Shown: positions 18,370-27,427 of the stretch, one piece after another
How positions within the stretch are numbered: position 1 is the stretch's first letter
How the letters are laid out: each line of letters opens with the position of its first letter
Assembly (NCBI GenBank): GCA_963645945.1
Contig: CAVIUA010000040.1
Location: 34,353-98,352, forward strand
DNA from: a bacterium
GTDB taxonomy: Bacteria; Bacillota_I; Bacilli_A; RF39; UBA660
Direction of reading: 5' to 3'
DNA length: 64,000 nucleotides
Program-made: the position numbers and the translations under genes
Notes under the pieces: generated by a model
What the model saw: only the letters and a program-made list of their open reading frames with translations
Told to the model about the DNA's origin: nothing
Databases searched by the model: none

Positions 18370-19002
18370 ATGGAAGTGCATTATTTTATGGCTAAATTAT
18401 TTTTTAGATATGGAGCAATGAATTCTGGTAAGACAACAATATTATTGCAGACAGCATATAATTATGAAGAAAGAGGTATGAAAGTATTGATATTTAAACC
18501 TTCTATTGATTCTAAGGGAGAAGAATATATTGTTTCTAGAATTGGATTAAAAAGAAAAGTTGATTATTTAATACAAAAAGATGACAATATATTTAAGTAC
18601 GTTGTTGAACATGATGATAAAGTTAAATGTATCTTGGTAGATGAAGCTCAGTTTTTAGAAAGAAATCAAGTTGATGAATTGATGCAAGTTGTTGTTAGAC
18701 TTAATATACCAGTTATTTGTTATGGACTTAGAACAGATTTTAGGACAAATGGTTTTCCGGGAGCGACTAGATTACTTGAAATTGCTCATACGATAGAGGA
18801 AATGAAAACTATTTGTTCGTGTGGCAGAAAAGCTATGTTTAATGGAAGAAAAATTAATGGTAAGTTTATATTTGATGGTGAACAAGTTGCGATAGATGGT
18901 AAAGATAAAATTACTTATGAATCTTTATGTCCTAATTGTTATTATGATAAACTTATGAAATATAATAAATTAAAGGAACAGTTAAAAGAAAAGGACGTTT
19001 AG
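18370..19002 (+). CDS. tdk: Thymidine kinase
   Basis: GAMNSGKTT P-loop, DEAQF motif and a C-terminal Zn ribbon (CxxCG...CPNC). Confidence 0.9.
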   Translation: MEVHYFMAKLFFRYGAMNSGKTTILLQTAYNYEERGMKVLIFKPSIDSKGEEYIVSRIGLKRKVDYLIQKDDNIFKYVVEHDDKVKCILVDEAQFLERNQVDELMQVVVRLNIPVICYGLRTDFRTNGFPGATRLLEIAHTIEEMKTICSCGRKAMFNGRKINGKFIFDGEQVAIDGKDKITYESLCPNCYYDKLMKYNKLKEQLKEKDV

Positions 19003-19018
19003 TTTAAACGTCTTTTTC
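18994..19018. terminator. Bidirectional hairpin (GACGTTTA/TAAACGTC) overlapping the tdk and yigZ stop codons
   Basis: Perfect 8-bp stem with T-runs available on both strands. Confidence 0.5.
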
Positions 19019-19582
19019 AATGTATGTTTCTTTAACTTTTTCTATGTTATAGATATTTAATTTATCAAGAAAAGTTATTGGTACTTTTATAATATAGGTT
19101 ATTTGTTCCTGATAAGACTTTGATATTATTTCATAGTCTTTTAATAAATAATCTAAGTTTTTTTGCATATCATAATTAATGATAATTTTTACTTCTAGAC
19201 CTTTTTCTAATTCGACTATTTTAGATTTTTTTATTGTTTCTGTTAATGATTTAGTATAAGCTCTAACTAGTCCTCCAGCACCTAGTTTTATACCACCAAA
19301 GTATCTAACTGTGATGGCTATAATATTATTAAGATTATTTTTTAATAAAACATTTAACATGGGAATACCTGCTGTACCGGCTGGTTCGCCGTCATCACTT
19401 GATTTATTAATATTTTCAGTTACATAGGCGTAACAATAATGTGTGGCATCTGGATAAGTAAATTTTACTTTTTGAAGAATATCTTTTATTTCTTCTTCAG
19501 AATTTATTTTTATTAAAAGGGTAATAAACCTGGAATTTTTAATTACTATTTCATTTGTTTTATTTTCTTTTATTGTTTTCAT
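19004..19582 (-). CDS. yigZ: IMPACT/YigZ family protein
   Basis: 192 aa. KNSRFI motif near the N-terminus and a GGxxLxxAY-like core typical of UPF0029/IMPACT. Confidence 0.7.
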   Translation of the reverse strand: MKTIKENKTNEIVIKNSRFITLLIKINSEEEIKDILQKVKFTYPDATHYCYAYVTENINKSSDDGEPAGTAGIPMLNVLLKNNLNNIIAITVRYFGGIKLGAGGLVRAYTKSLTETIKKSKIVELEKGLEVKIIINYDMQKNLDYLLKDYEIISKSYQEQITYIIKVPITFLDKLNIYNIEKVKETYIEKDV

Positions 19583-19664
19583 GAAATCACCTGTAAATAT
19601 TATAATGGATTTTATAGTTTATTGCTAGAAAATATGTTATAATTTAGATAGGAGGAGGACTTTT

Positions 19665-20816
19665 ATGTTTAGAAAGAAAGATGAAAAAATAGATATTTCT
19701 AGTTTAAATGAAATACTTTCTTTTGGAAGAAAGCTTATTAAGATATTATATGTTGCAATGATGGTAGGAGCAATTTTATTAGGAATATATTTATTAAAAG
19801 AATTAAAAATATTGGTATTTCTTAAAGATTTACTTATTGTTATATCACCGGTATTCATTGGCTTACTTATTGCTTGGTTATGTGATCCTGTAGTTAAGTT
19901 TTTACAGAGTAAGAAGATACCGAGATTTGCTGGATGTATTATTGTTTACTTGTTTTTAATAGGTATTATATTTATGTTTCTATATTTATTTTTACCTACA
20001 TTTGTTAGACAAATAGGTGATTTTGCGGTGACTATTCCAGATATTTTAGCTGATTTAAAAATATTTGGAAATAAATTTTTTGGTACATTCGCTACTGATG
20101 GTATTGATGTTAAAGCTATACAAACACAAGTATATACAACGATTGAAAATTTTGCTTTAGGATTAACTACTAATTTACCTAATACTATTATTAATATTAC
20201 TAAGTCAATTATATCTTCGTCAGTTAATTTTGTATTAGGATTAATGATTGGTTTTTATATGTTGTTTGATTTTGATAAGATTAATAGTACAGTTCTTAGT
20301 CATATGCCATTTAAATGGAAAGACAATTATGTTGAATTAACAACTAGGATTAATTCATCTTTAAGAAAATATGTTCAGGGAGTATTCTTAGTAATGTTTT
20401 TAGTGTTTATTACACAAAGCATTGGTTTAACTTTGGCAGGACTTGAAGCACCTTTATTATTTGCTACATTTTGTGCGGTAACTGATATTATTCCTTATTT
20501 TGGTCCATATATTGGTGCAATACCAGCTGTATTAGTTGGATTTACTATTTCTCCTAGTGTTGGAATTTTCTGTATTATTTCAATTGTTGTCGTTCAGGCT
20601 TTAGAAAATAACTTTTATCAGCCTTTGATCATGGGTCATACAATGCAACTACATCCAGTAATTATTATTATTAGTCTATTGATTTTCCAACATTTTTTTG
20701 GTATCATAGGAATGGTAGTAGCAACTCCGGTTGTTTCTTGCCTAAAAGTCATTTTTATGTTTGTTGATGAGAAAATTCATTTTATGAATTCATTTAATAA
20801 AAAAGAAATAGAATAG
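19665..20816 (+). CDS. AI-2E family transporter (PerM/YdiK-like permease)
   Basis: 383 aa, about 8 transmembrane helices, AI-2E-like topology and motifs. Confidence 0.75.
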   Translation: MFRKKDEKIDISSLNEILSFGRKLIKILYVAMMVGAILLGIYLLKELKILVFLKDLLIVISPVFIGLLIAWLCDPVVKFLQSKKIPRFAGCIIVYLFLIGIIFMFLYLFLPTFVRQIGDFAVTIPDILADLKIFGNKFFGTFATDGIDVKAIQTQVYTTIENFALGLTTNLPNTIINITKSIISSSVNFVLGLMIGFYMLFDFDKINSTVLSHMPFKWKDNYVELTTRINSSLRKYVQGVFLVMFLVFITQSIGLTLAGLEAPLLFATFCAVTDIIPYFGPYIGAIPAVLVGFTISPSVGIFCIISIVVVQALENNFYQPLIMGHTMQLHPVIIIISLLIFQHFFGIIGMVVATPVVSCLKVIFMFVDEKIHFMNSFNKKEIE

Positions 20817-20844
20817 GAAACGTTGATTAAAGATAAGTACTTAA

Positions 20845-21016
20845 ATTTACCCTTAGAGAGCTAAAATTATTTATTAACTGGTGAAATTTAGCATTAATTT
20901 AAGGAAGCTACTTTAGGAGTTTTCTCGGGAGAACCGTTATTTAAAATTAAGACCATAGAAGATAGGATGGTACCGGGCTATTGTCCTCCTATTTACTGGT
21001 CTTTTGTTTGTTTTTA
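20845..21016 (+). promoter_or_regulatory. T-box riboswitch leader, Ala specifier (GCU)
   Basis: AGAGA box at 20855. GAAGCUAC specifier context at 20905-20912. T-box consensus AGGATGGTACCGGG at 20962-20977 (UGGU pairs with discriminator A). Overlapping terminator hairpin followed by TTTTGTTTGTTTTT. Confidence 0.7.
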
Positions 21017-21028
21017 GGAGGATAATTT

Positions 21029-21565
21029 ATGAAGATATTTGTCATTGGGGGTAAAGCTAGAACTGGTAAAAATACGCTTGGTAATTATTTAATGGAAGAG
21101 GCTAAGATATATGGATATAAGCCTTGTGTTATGCATCTTACAGAACCATTATATAGTTATGCGAGAAACTATTTTGACTGGAGTGAAAATACAGGAGAAA
21201 AGCCTAGAGAGTTTTTACAAAAAATGGGTATTGAAATTATTAAAGAAAAATTACATAAAAATTACTTTTTAATAGATCGTACTTGTGAAGATATTGAAAT
21301 TCTTTCTAATTTCTTTGATGTTTTTATAATTACGGATGCTAGACTTATAATGGAATTTAGTGAATTAAAAAAGCGTTTTGATGATGTAGTTACTATAAAA
21401 TTAGAAAGAGAAGATTATGATGATTTATTAGATGATGAGGAAAGAAAACATATTACTGAAACAGAAATAGATGATTATAATAACTTTGATTATATTATTA
21501 AAAATACTGGTATTGATGATTTAAAAAAAGAAGCTAGAAATATTATTAAAAATGAGGAGATGTAA
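21029..21565 (+). CDS. P-loop kinase resembling phage T4-type dNMP kinase
   Basis: Deviant Walker A GGKARTGKNT (compare T4 gp1 GVKRSGKDT) and a DVFIITDARL segment resembling IVPDTRQ. Assignment is from memory of the family only. Confidence 0.35.
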   Translation: MKIFVIGGKARTGKNTLGNYLMEEAKIYGYKPCVMHLTEPLYSYARNYFDWSENTGEKPREFLQKMGIEIIKEKLHKNYFLIDRTCEDIEILSNFFDVFIITDARLIMEFSELKKRFDDVVTIKLEREDYDDLLDDEERKHITETEIDDYNNFDYIIKNTGIDDLKKEARNIIKNEEM

Positions 21566-21568
21566 ATT

Positions 21569-22120
21569 ATGAATAAGTTAATTGCAGTCGTTGGAATGGC
21601 TGGCTCTGGTAAGAGTATTGCGACTGATTACTTAGAGAAAAAAGGTTGGACTAAGATTTACTTTGGTGGTGTTATTTATGAAAATATGCGTAAAGAAGGT
21701 ATTGAAATAACACCTGAATCTCAAAAGGAATATAGAGAAAATATTCGTAAAAAATATGGTATGGGTGCGGTTGCTTACCTTTTAAAAGATAAAATTGAAG
21801 AAGCCTATAAAGCTGGAGATACTGTACTTGATGGTTTATATTCTTGGGATGAATATGTAATTTTAAAAGAAAAATTTAAAGATAAATTAAAATTAGTATG
21901 TGTTTGTTGCGATAAAAGTATTAGATATGAACGCATTGGTAAGAGAATTGATAGACCATTTAATTTAGATGAAATTCAAGTTAGAGACTTGTCTGAAATT
22001 GAGAACTTAGCAAAGGGAGGACCTATTGCTTTTGCAGATTATTATATATTTAATAATGGTAATATTGAAGAATATGAAAAAAGACTTTTAGAAATACTTT
22101 CAGATATAGATGAACATTAA
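21569..22120 (+). CDS. P-loop nucleotide/nucleoside kinase (dephospho-CoA-kinase-like fold)
   Basis: Walker A GMAGSGKS. Small CoaE/dNK-like architecture (VLDGLYSWDE). Begins 3 nt after the previous stop. Confidence 0.35.
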   Translation: MNKLIAVVGMAGSGKSIATDYLEKKGWTKIYFGGVIYENMRKEGIEITPESQKEYRENIRKKYGMGAVAYLLKDKIEEAYKAGDTVLDGLYSWDEYVILKEKFKDKLKLVCVCCDKSIRYERIGKRIDRPFNLDEIQVRDLSEIENLAKGGPIAFADYYIFNNGNIEEYEKRLLEILSDIDEH

Positions 22121-22134
22121 GGAGGTAGAAGTTA

Positions 22135-24828
22135 ATGAAGTATATGAGTCATGATGATATAAGAAATACTTGGTATAAATTTTTTGAAGAAAAGGGACAT
22201 AAGGTATTAGAAAGTGCTTCTTTGATACCTATTAATGATAATAGTCTTCTTTGGGTTAATGCCGGTGTAACACCATTAAAAAAATATTTTGATGGTTCTT
22301 TAGTACCTGAATGTAAGAGACTTGTTAGTATTCAAAAATGTATTCGTACTAATGATATAGAAAATGTTGGTGTTACTAAAAGACATCAAACATTCTTTGA
22401 GATGATGGGTAATTTTTCAATAGGAGATTATTTTAAGAATGAAGCAATTGAATATTCATTTGAACTATTAACTAGTCCTAAGTATTTTGATATAGATAAA
22501 AATCTTTTATATGTAACGATTTATACTGAAGATAATGATGCTTATAATCGTTGGATAGAAGTTGGAATGGATCCTAGTCATATTGTAAGACTTGAAGAGA
22601 ATTTCTGGGAAATTGGCGAAGGTCCTTGTGGCCCTGATTCAGAAATATTCTATGATCGTGGTGAAAAGTATGATAAAGATGGTACAGCATTAGAAAAATT
22701 CAAATTAGATGAAGAACAAGAAAGATATGTTGAAATTTGGAATAATGTATTTAGTCAATTTAATTCTAAAGATGGAGTAGCAAGAAAAGATTATAAAGAA
22801 CTTCCACATAAGAATATAGATACTGGTGCTGGGCTTGAAAGATGGTGTTGTATTTTTCAAAATGTAGATTCTACTTTTGATACAGATTTATTTAAACCTA
22901 TTATGCAACATATTGAAGAATTAACTGGTTCTATTTATACTGGTCAAAAGGAATATAAAATTATTGCTGATCATATAAGAGCAATTGTATTTGCTTTAGC
23001 TGATGGAGCTTCTTTTGAAAATACGGGTAGAGGTTATGTTTTAAGAAGACTTCTTCGTCGTAGTGTTAGATATGGAAAAAACTTATTTATTGAATGTCCT
23101 TTTATGTATAAACTTGTTTCAGATGTTGTATTTACTATGGAAAAAGCTTATCCTTATTTAGTTGAAAAAAGAGCTGTTATAGAGACTTTAGTTTTAGAAG
23201 AAGAAAAATTATTTTTAAAGACTTTGGAAGCAGGAGAAAGACGTTTAAAAGAACTTGTTAAAAATTCTAACGATGGATATATTTCTGGAGAAGATGCTTT
23301 TAAATTATATGATACCTATGGTTTTCCTTATGAACTTACTTTAGAGTTCTTAAATGAACTTGGATATTCTTGTTCTAAAGAAGAATTTGATAAATATATG
23401 AATATTCAAAAAGAATTAGCTAGAAAAAATAGTAAAAATAAGACTTCTATGGCTAGTCAAAAGAAAGTTTTATTAGATTTTATTGATAAGAGTCAATTTG
23501 TTTATGGAATTTATCGTTTAAAGACTTCTGTTTTAGCAATTTTTTCTAAAGATGAAATTATTAATGCTGTTGATCATGACTGTTATATAGCTCTTGATAG
23601 GACTTGTTTTTATGCAGAATCTGGTGGACAGGTTGCTGATACAGGAATGTTACTTGGTAAGAACTTTAAAGCGCGTGTACTTGATGTTTTTAAAGGACCT
23701 AATGGACAACATATTCATAAAGTTAAATTACTTGATGGTGTTATTAAAATAGGTGATAATTGTGAAGCTGTTATTGATAAAGACAGACGTAAGAAAATAG
23801 AAGCTAATCATTCTTCTGTTCATATTTTACAATATGCTTTACAACAAGTTGTATCTTCTAGCATTAAGCAAGCTGGTAGTTATGTAGATGATGAGAAATT
23901 TAGATTTGACTTTACTTACTCTGGTAAGATTAGTGATGATAATATTTTAGAAGTTGAAGGTTTTGCGAGAAATGTTATTTCAAAGAACTTAATTGTTTCT
24001 ACGGAGATTATGCCTCTTGATAAAGCAAAACAACTAGGAGCAATGGCTTTATTTAGTGAGAAATATTCTGATATTGTTAGAGTAGTTAAGATTGGAAAAT
24101 CTATTGAGTTATGTGGTGGTACTCATGTTTCTAATACTAAGGATATTGAACATTTTACACTTTATTCATGTGAATCTAAAGGAAGTAATACTTATAGAAT
24201 TGAAGGAGCTACTGGTACACGTAGTGAAATAGCTTTACTTACAGCTATTAAACCTTATAATGATGAAATTGTTAAGTTACTTGTTAAAGCTAGAAATATT
24301 TTAGATAAAGCTAATAATGAAGGTATAAAGTTAAAATTTGATGTTGATATTGATAATAATAAACCTACATCATATAAAGATATTATGTTTAATAAAAATG
24401 AACTTGGATATGTTCAACAAGAAGTTAAGGGTTTAGAAAAGCAATATTTTAATTTAAGAGAACAAAAGGACTTATCTAATTTAGATATTTATAAGGAACA
24501 TATTAAGAATTATAATGGTACTTTAGGTATTATTATGGAAGTTAGTAATAAAGATGTTAATTTACTTAAATCAATAGCTGATAGTTTAATTAGTGTTTTG
24601 GGTACTGGATTTGTATTTTTTGTTAATGTCAAGGATGATGGTAGCGTTAATTATTTAGCCCGTAGTAGTTGTTCTTTAAATGCCGGATTTGTTGTTAAAA
24701 GCGCATCTGTTGCTTCTAATGGTAATGGTGGTGGTAGTCCTACTTTTGCTCAAGGTGGAGGAAAAGAAATTAGTAATCTTAAAAGTATTTTAAAAGATGT
24801 AGGAGCAGCTTTAAATGAGTGTAAATAA
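22135..24828 (+). CDS. alaS: Alanine--tRNA ligase
   Basis: 897 aa. Class II aaRS catalytic core, editing-domain HxxxH/CxxxH motifs (HSSVHILQ, CGGTH) and a C-terminal DHHA1-like region. Confidence 0.95.
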   Translation: MKYMSHDDIRNTWYKFFEEKGHKVLESASLIPINDNSLLWVNAGVTPLKKYFDGSLVPECKRLVSIQKCIRTNDIENVGVTKRHQTFFEMMGNFSIGDYFKNEAIEYSFELLTSPKYFDIDKNLLYVTIYTEDNDAYNRWIEVGMDPSHIVRLEENFWEIGEGPCGPDSEIFYDRGEKYDKDGTALEKFKLDEEQERYVEIWNNVFSQFNSKDGVARKDYKELPHKNIDTGAGLERWCCIFQNVDSTFDTDLFKPIMQHIEELTGSIYTGQKEYKIIADHIRAIVFALADGASFENTGRGYVLRRLLRRSVRYGKNLFIECPFMYKLVSDVVFTMEKAYPYLVEKRAVIETLVLEEEKLFLKTLEAGERRLKELVKNSNDGYISGEDAFKLYDTYGFPYELTLEFLNELGYSCSKEEFDKYMNIQKELARKNSKNKTSMASQKKVLLDFIDKSQFVYGIYRLKTSVLAIFSKDEIINAVDHDCYIALDRTCFYAESGGQVADTGMLLGKNFKARVLDVFKGPNGQHIHKVKLLDGVIKIGDNCEAVIDKDRRKKIEANHSSVHILQYALQQVVSSSIKQAGSYVDDEKFRFDFTYSGKISDDNILEVEGFARNVISKNLIVSTEIMPLDKAKQLGAMALFSEKYSDIVRVVKIGKSIELCGGTHVSNTKDIEHFTLYSCESKGSNTYRIEGATGTRSEIALLTAIKPYNDEIVKLLVKARNILDKANNEGIKLKFDVDIDNNKPTSYKDIMFNKNELGYVQQEVKGLEKQYFNLREQKDLSNLDIYKEHIKNYNGTLGIIMEVSNKDVNLLKSIADSLISVLGTGFVFFVNVKDDGSVNYLARSSCSLNAGFVVKSASVASNGNGGGSPTFAQGGGKEISNLKSILKDVGAALNECK

Positions 24829-25753
24829 TTACTTAATTGAAGGTGAAGACTATGTTTGTATTCAAAGTACTATTAAAGATGTCATTTTAAAAAATAGTTT
24901 TAATGAAGTAGTTTCAGAATGTTATGATTTAGTTGAAAATTCATTAGAAAAGGCTTTAGAAGATTTAGATACTTATGGACTTTTTTCAGATAAGAAAATT
25001 GTTATAGTTAATAATGTTGACTTATTAAGTAAAGAGGAAAATAGTAAGGATTTGGATCATTTATATAGATATTTAGATGATCCTAATCCTAATAATTTAT
25101 TGTTTTTATGTAGTAAGAAGCTTAATTCTACTTTGAAATTGACAAAGGAATTAAAGAAGAAATGTACTTATATTAAAGCTGAACTTGATAAGAGAAATTT
25201 TGCGAAAGAATTACTTACTGACTATAAAATCAATAATAAAGCACTTAATTTGTTATTTGAATATTGTCTTGATGATATTACTAAGTTAGAAAATGAAATT
25301 ATAAAGTTAAAGACTTATAAGTTTAAGGAAAAAGAAATTACTGAGAAAGATATTTTGGATTTATGTGTTGCGAAGTTAGGTGATGCTAGTGAGTTAACAT
25401 TTTCTTTTAGTAGATCTTTAGCAGAAAAAGATAAAAAACGTGCTTTAGAAAAGTATAGGGAATTATTAAATTATAATATTGAACCTTTAAGTATTGTTGG
25501 ATTACTTGCTAGTCAAATAAGAATTATTTATCAAGTTAAATGTTTGAAGGATGAAGGTTTAAATAATAATGAAATCGCAACAAAGTTAGATGTAAAGCCT
25601 TATCGCGTTACTAAGACTTTAGAATTAACTAATTATTATACTTTTAAAGAGTTGCTTAATTTAATGATTAGTTTACAAAAAATAGATTTACAAATAAAAA
25701 CTACTAGTGTGGATGCAAATTCATTAGTTGAACTTTTTATATTAAACATATAG
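24815..25753 (+). CDS. holA: DNA polymerase III delta subunit (probable)
   Basis: 312 aa. N-terminal YLIEGEDY pattern typical of HolA. Overlaps the alaS stop by 14 nt. Confidence 0.5.
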   Translation: MSVNNYLIEGEDYVCIQSTIKDVILKNSFNEVVSECYDLVENSLEKALEDLDTYGLFSDKKIVIVNNVDLLSKEENSKDLDHLYRYLDDPNPNNLLFLCSKKLNSTLKLTKELKKKCTYIKAELDKRNFAKELLTDYKINNKALNLLFEYCLDDITKLENEIIKLKTYKFKEKEITEKDILDLCVAKLGDASELTFSFSRSLAEKDKKRALEKYRELLNYNIEPLSIVGLLASQIRIIYQVKCLKDEGLNNNEIATKLDVKPYRVTKTLELTNYYTFKELLNLMISLQKIDLQIKTTSVDANSLVELFILNI

Positions 25754-25816
25754 ATTTTAATTTATATGTTTTTTTCTTGGTATATTTTTCATTTTATTAT
25801 ATACTTTTTATAGAGG

Positions 25817-26758
25817 TTGGTGAGTTTTATGTCTTTTGATGATGTAGAAAAGGCAAGAATTAAGTATAGGAATAAGTTAATTGTGGCGATTATTGTTTCC
25901 TTGGTTATTATTGTTACAGCTGGAATATTAACTAATGTATTTGTTTATGTTGAATTAGTGCCGTTATTGTTCGTTGGTTCTATTATTTTATTTGTAATAG
26001 ATGCTCTTATTGTATCTGGTGATAAGAAAAGATATACTTTAGCATTTAAGGAGTTCTTTGTAAAGAGTTCTTTAGAAAAAGTTTTTACGGATTTAAAGTA
26101 TATGCCAGGATCAGGGATTAGTCCTAATGTTATTAGAAATACGGGAATGATGTATATGGGTGATAGATATTCATCTGAGGACTTTGTTTCTGGAAAGTAT
26201 AAAGACATTGGATTCTGTCAAGCTGATGTACACATAGAAGAGGAACGCCAGAGTACAGATTCTGAGGGTCATACTAGAACTTACTATGTAACTATTTTTA
26301 AAGGTAGATGGATGATTTTTGATTTTAATAAGACTTTTAAAGCTAATGTTCAAGTATGTCAAAAAGGTTTTAAAAATAATAAAGTTATTAATTCTATATT
26401 TTCTAAGAGTACTAGATATCAAAAAATACAAATGGAGTCAACTGATTTTAATAAGAGATTTTTAGTGTATGCTCAAGATGCACATGATGCTTTTTATATT
26501 ATTACGCCTCATATAATGGAAAAAATAATTAAGTTGTCTGATGATAGTAAGGGTAGAATTTTATTATGTTTTATTAATAATCAGTTACATGTTGGATTAT
26601 ATGATAATAAAGATACATTTGAACCTAGTAGTTGTTTTAGTACAATTGACACGGAAATGGTTACACAAAATGTACTTTCAGATATTAATAAGATTACAAT
26701 GTTTGTTGACGAGTTAGAGTTAGATAATGACTTATTTAAGAGTAAAATTGTCAATTAA
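25817..26758 (+). CDS. Membrane protein, possibly DUF3137-like (a LemA-associated family)
   Basis: Two N-terminal transmembrane helices and a soluble domain. It sits directly upstream of the second lemA. The family assignment is from memory and weak. Confidence 0.35.
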   Translation: MVSFMSFDDVEKARIKYRNKLIVAIIVSLVIIVTAGILTNVFVYVELVPLLFVGSIILFVIDALIVSGDKKRYTLAFKEFFVKSSLEKVFTDLKYMPGSGISPNVIRNTGMMYMGDRYSSEDFVSGKYKDIGFCQADVHIEEERQSTDSEGHTRTYYVTIFKGRWMIFDFNKTFKANVQVCQKGFKNNKVINSIFSKSTRYQKIQMESTDFNKRFLVYAQDAHDAFYIITPHIMEKIIKLSDDSKGRILLCFINNQLHVGLYDNKDTFEPSSCFSTIDTEMVTQNVLSDINKITMFVDELELDNDLFKSKIVN

Positions 26759-26843
26759 TGTATATTATTTGTTTATTTAAGTTTTGATTTTATCTTTTTA
26801 ATGGTAAAATTGAGATAGATATAATAGTTGAAGGGAGGTGTAA

Positions 26844-27389
26844 TTGATGGAAATATTAATAATTGCTGGCGTTATAGTATTACTTATTATCGTAATATGG
26901 TTTATTTCAGTTTCTAATGCTTTTAATAGAGATATTGTTAAAATTGATGAGGCTGATTCTGGTATAGATGTTGCGTTAACTAAAAGATATGATGTTTTAA
27001 CTAAAATGATTGCTGTTTGTAAAGGATATGCTAAACATGAGAAGGAAACTATTACTGATACTATTAAATATAGAAAAGGTATGAGTATGGAAGAAAGAGT
27101 TGAAGCTAATAATAAAATGAATGAAACTCTTGGTAAAATCAATGTTTTAGCTGAAGCTTATCCAGATTTAAAGGCTAGTGAAAACTTTAAAACATTACAG
27201 ACTGCTATTGCTGATGTTGAAGAACATTTACAAGCAGCTAGACGTTTATATAACGCAAATATATCTTCTTATAATCAAAGAGTAGTATCTTTCCCTTCTA
27301 GTATTATTGCTTCTTCAAAAGGACTTAGTAAAAGAGAATTCTTTGAAGCTGATACAGCTAAAAAGGAAGATGTTAAAATAGAGTTTTAA
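26844..27389 (+). CDS. lemA: LemA family protein (second paralog)
   Basis: N-terminal TM helix with the same YPDLKA...RR.YN core as 382..945. Confidence 0.8.
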   Translation: MMEILIIAGVIVLLIIVIWFISVSNAFNRDIVKIDEADSGIDVALTKRYDVLTKMIAVCKGYAKHEKETITDTIKYRKGMSMEERVEANNKMNETLGKINVLAEAYPDLKASENFKTLQTAIADVEEHLQAARRLYNANISSYNQRVVSFPSSIIASSKGLSKREFFEADTAKKEDVKIEF

Positions 27390-27390
27390 A

Positions 27391-27424
27391 AAAGATATTC
27401 TAAATTTTAGAATATCTTTTTTTG
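27391..27424. terminator. Bidirectional terminator (AGATATTCTA/TAGAATATCT)
   Basis: 10-bp perfect palindrome flanked by A-runs and T-runs between convergent genes. Confidence 0.65.
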
Positions 27425-27427
27425 TTC

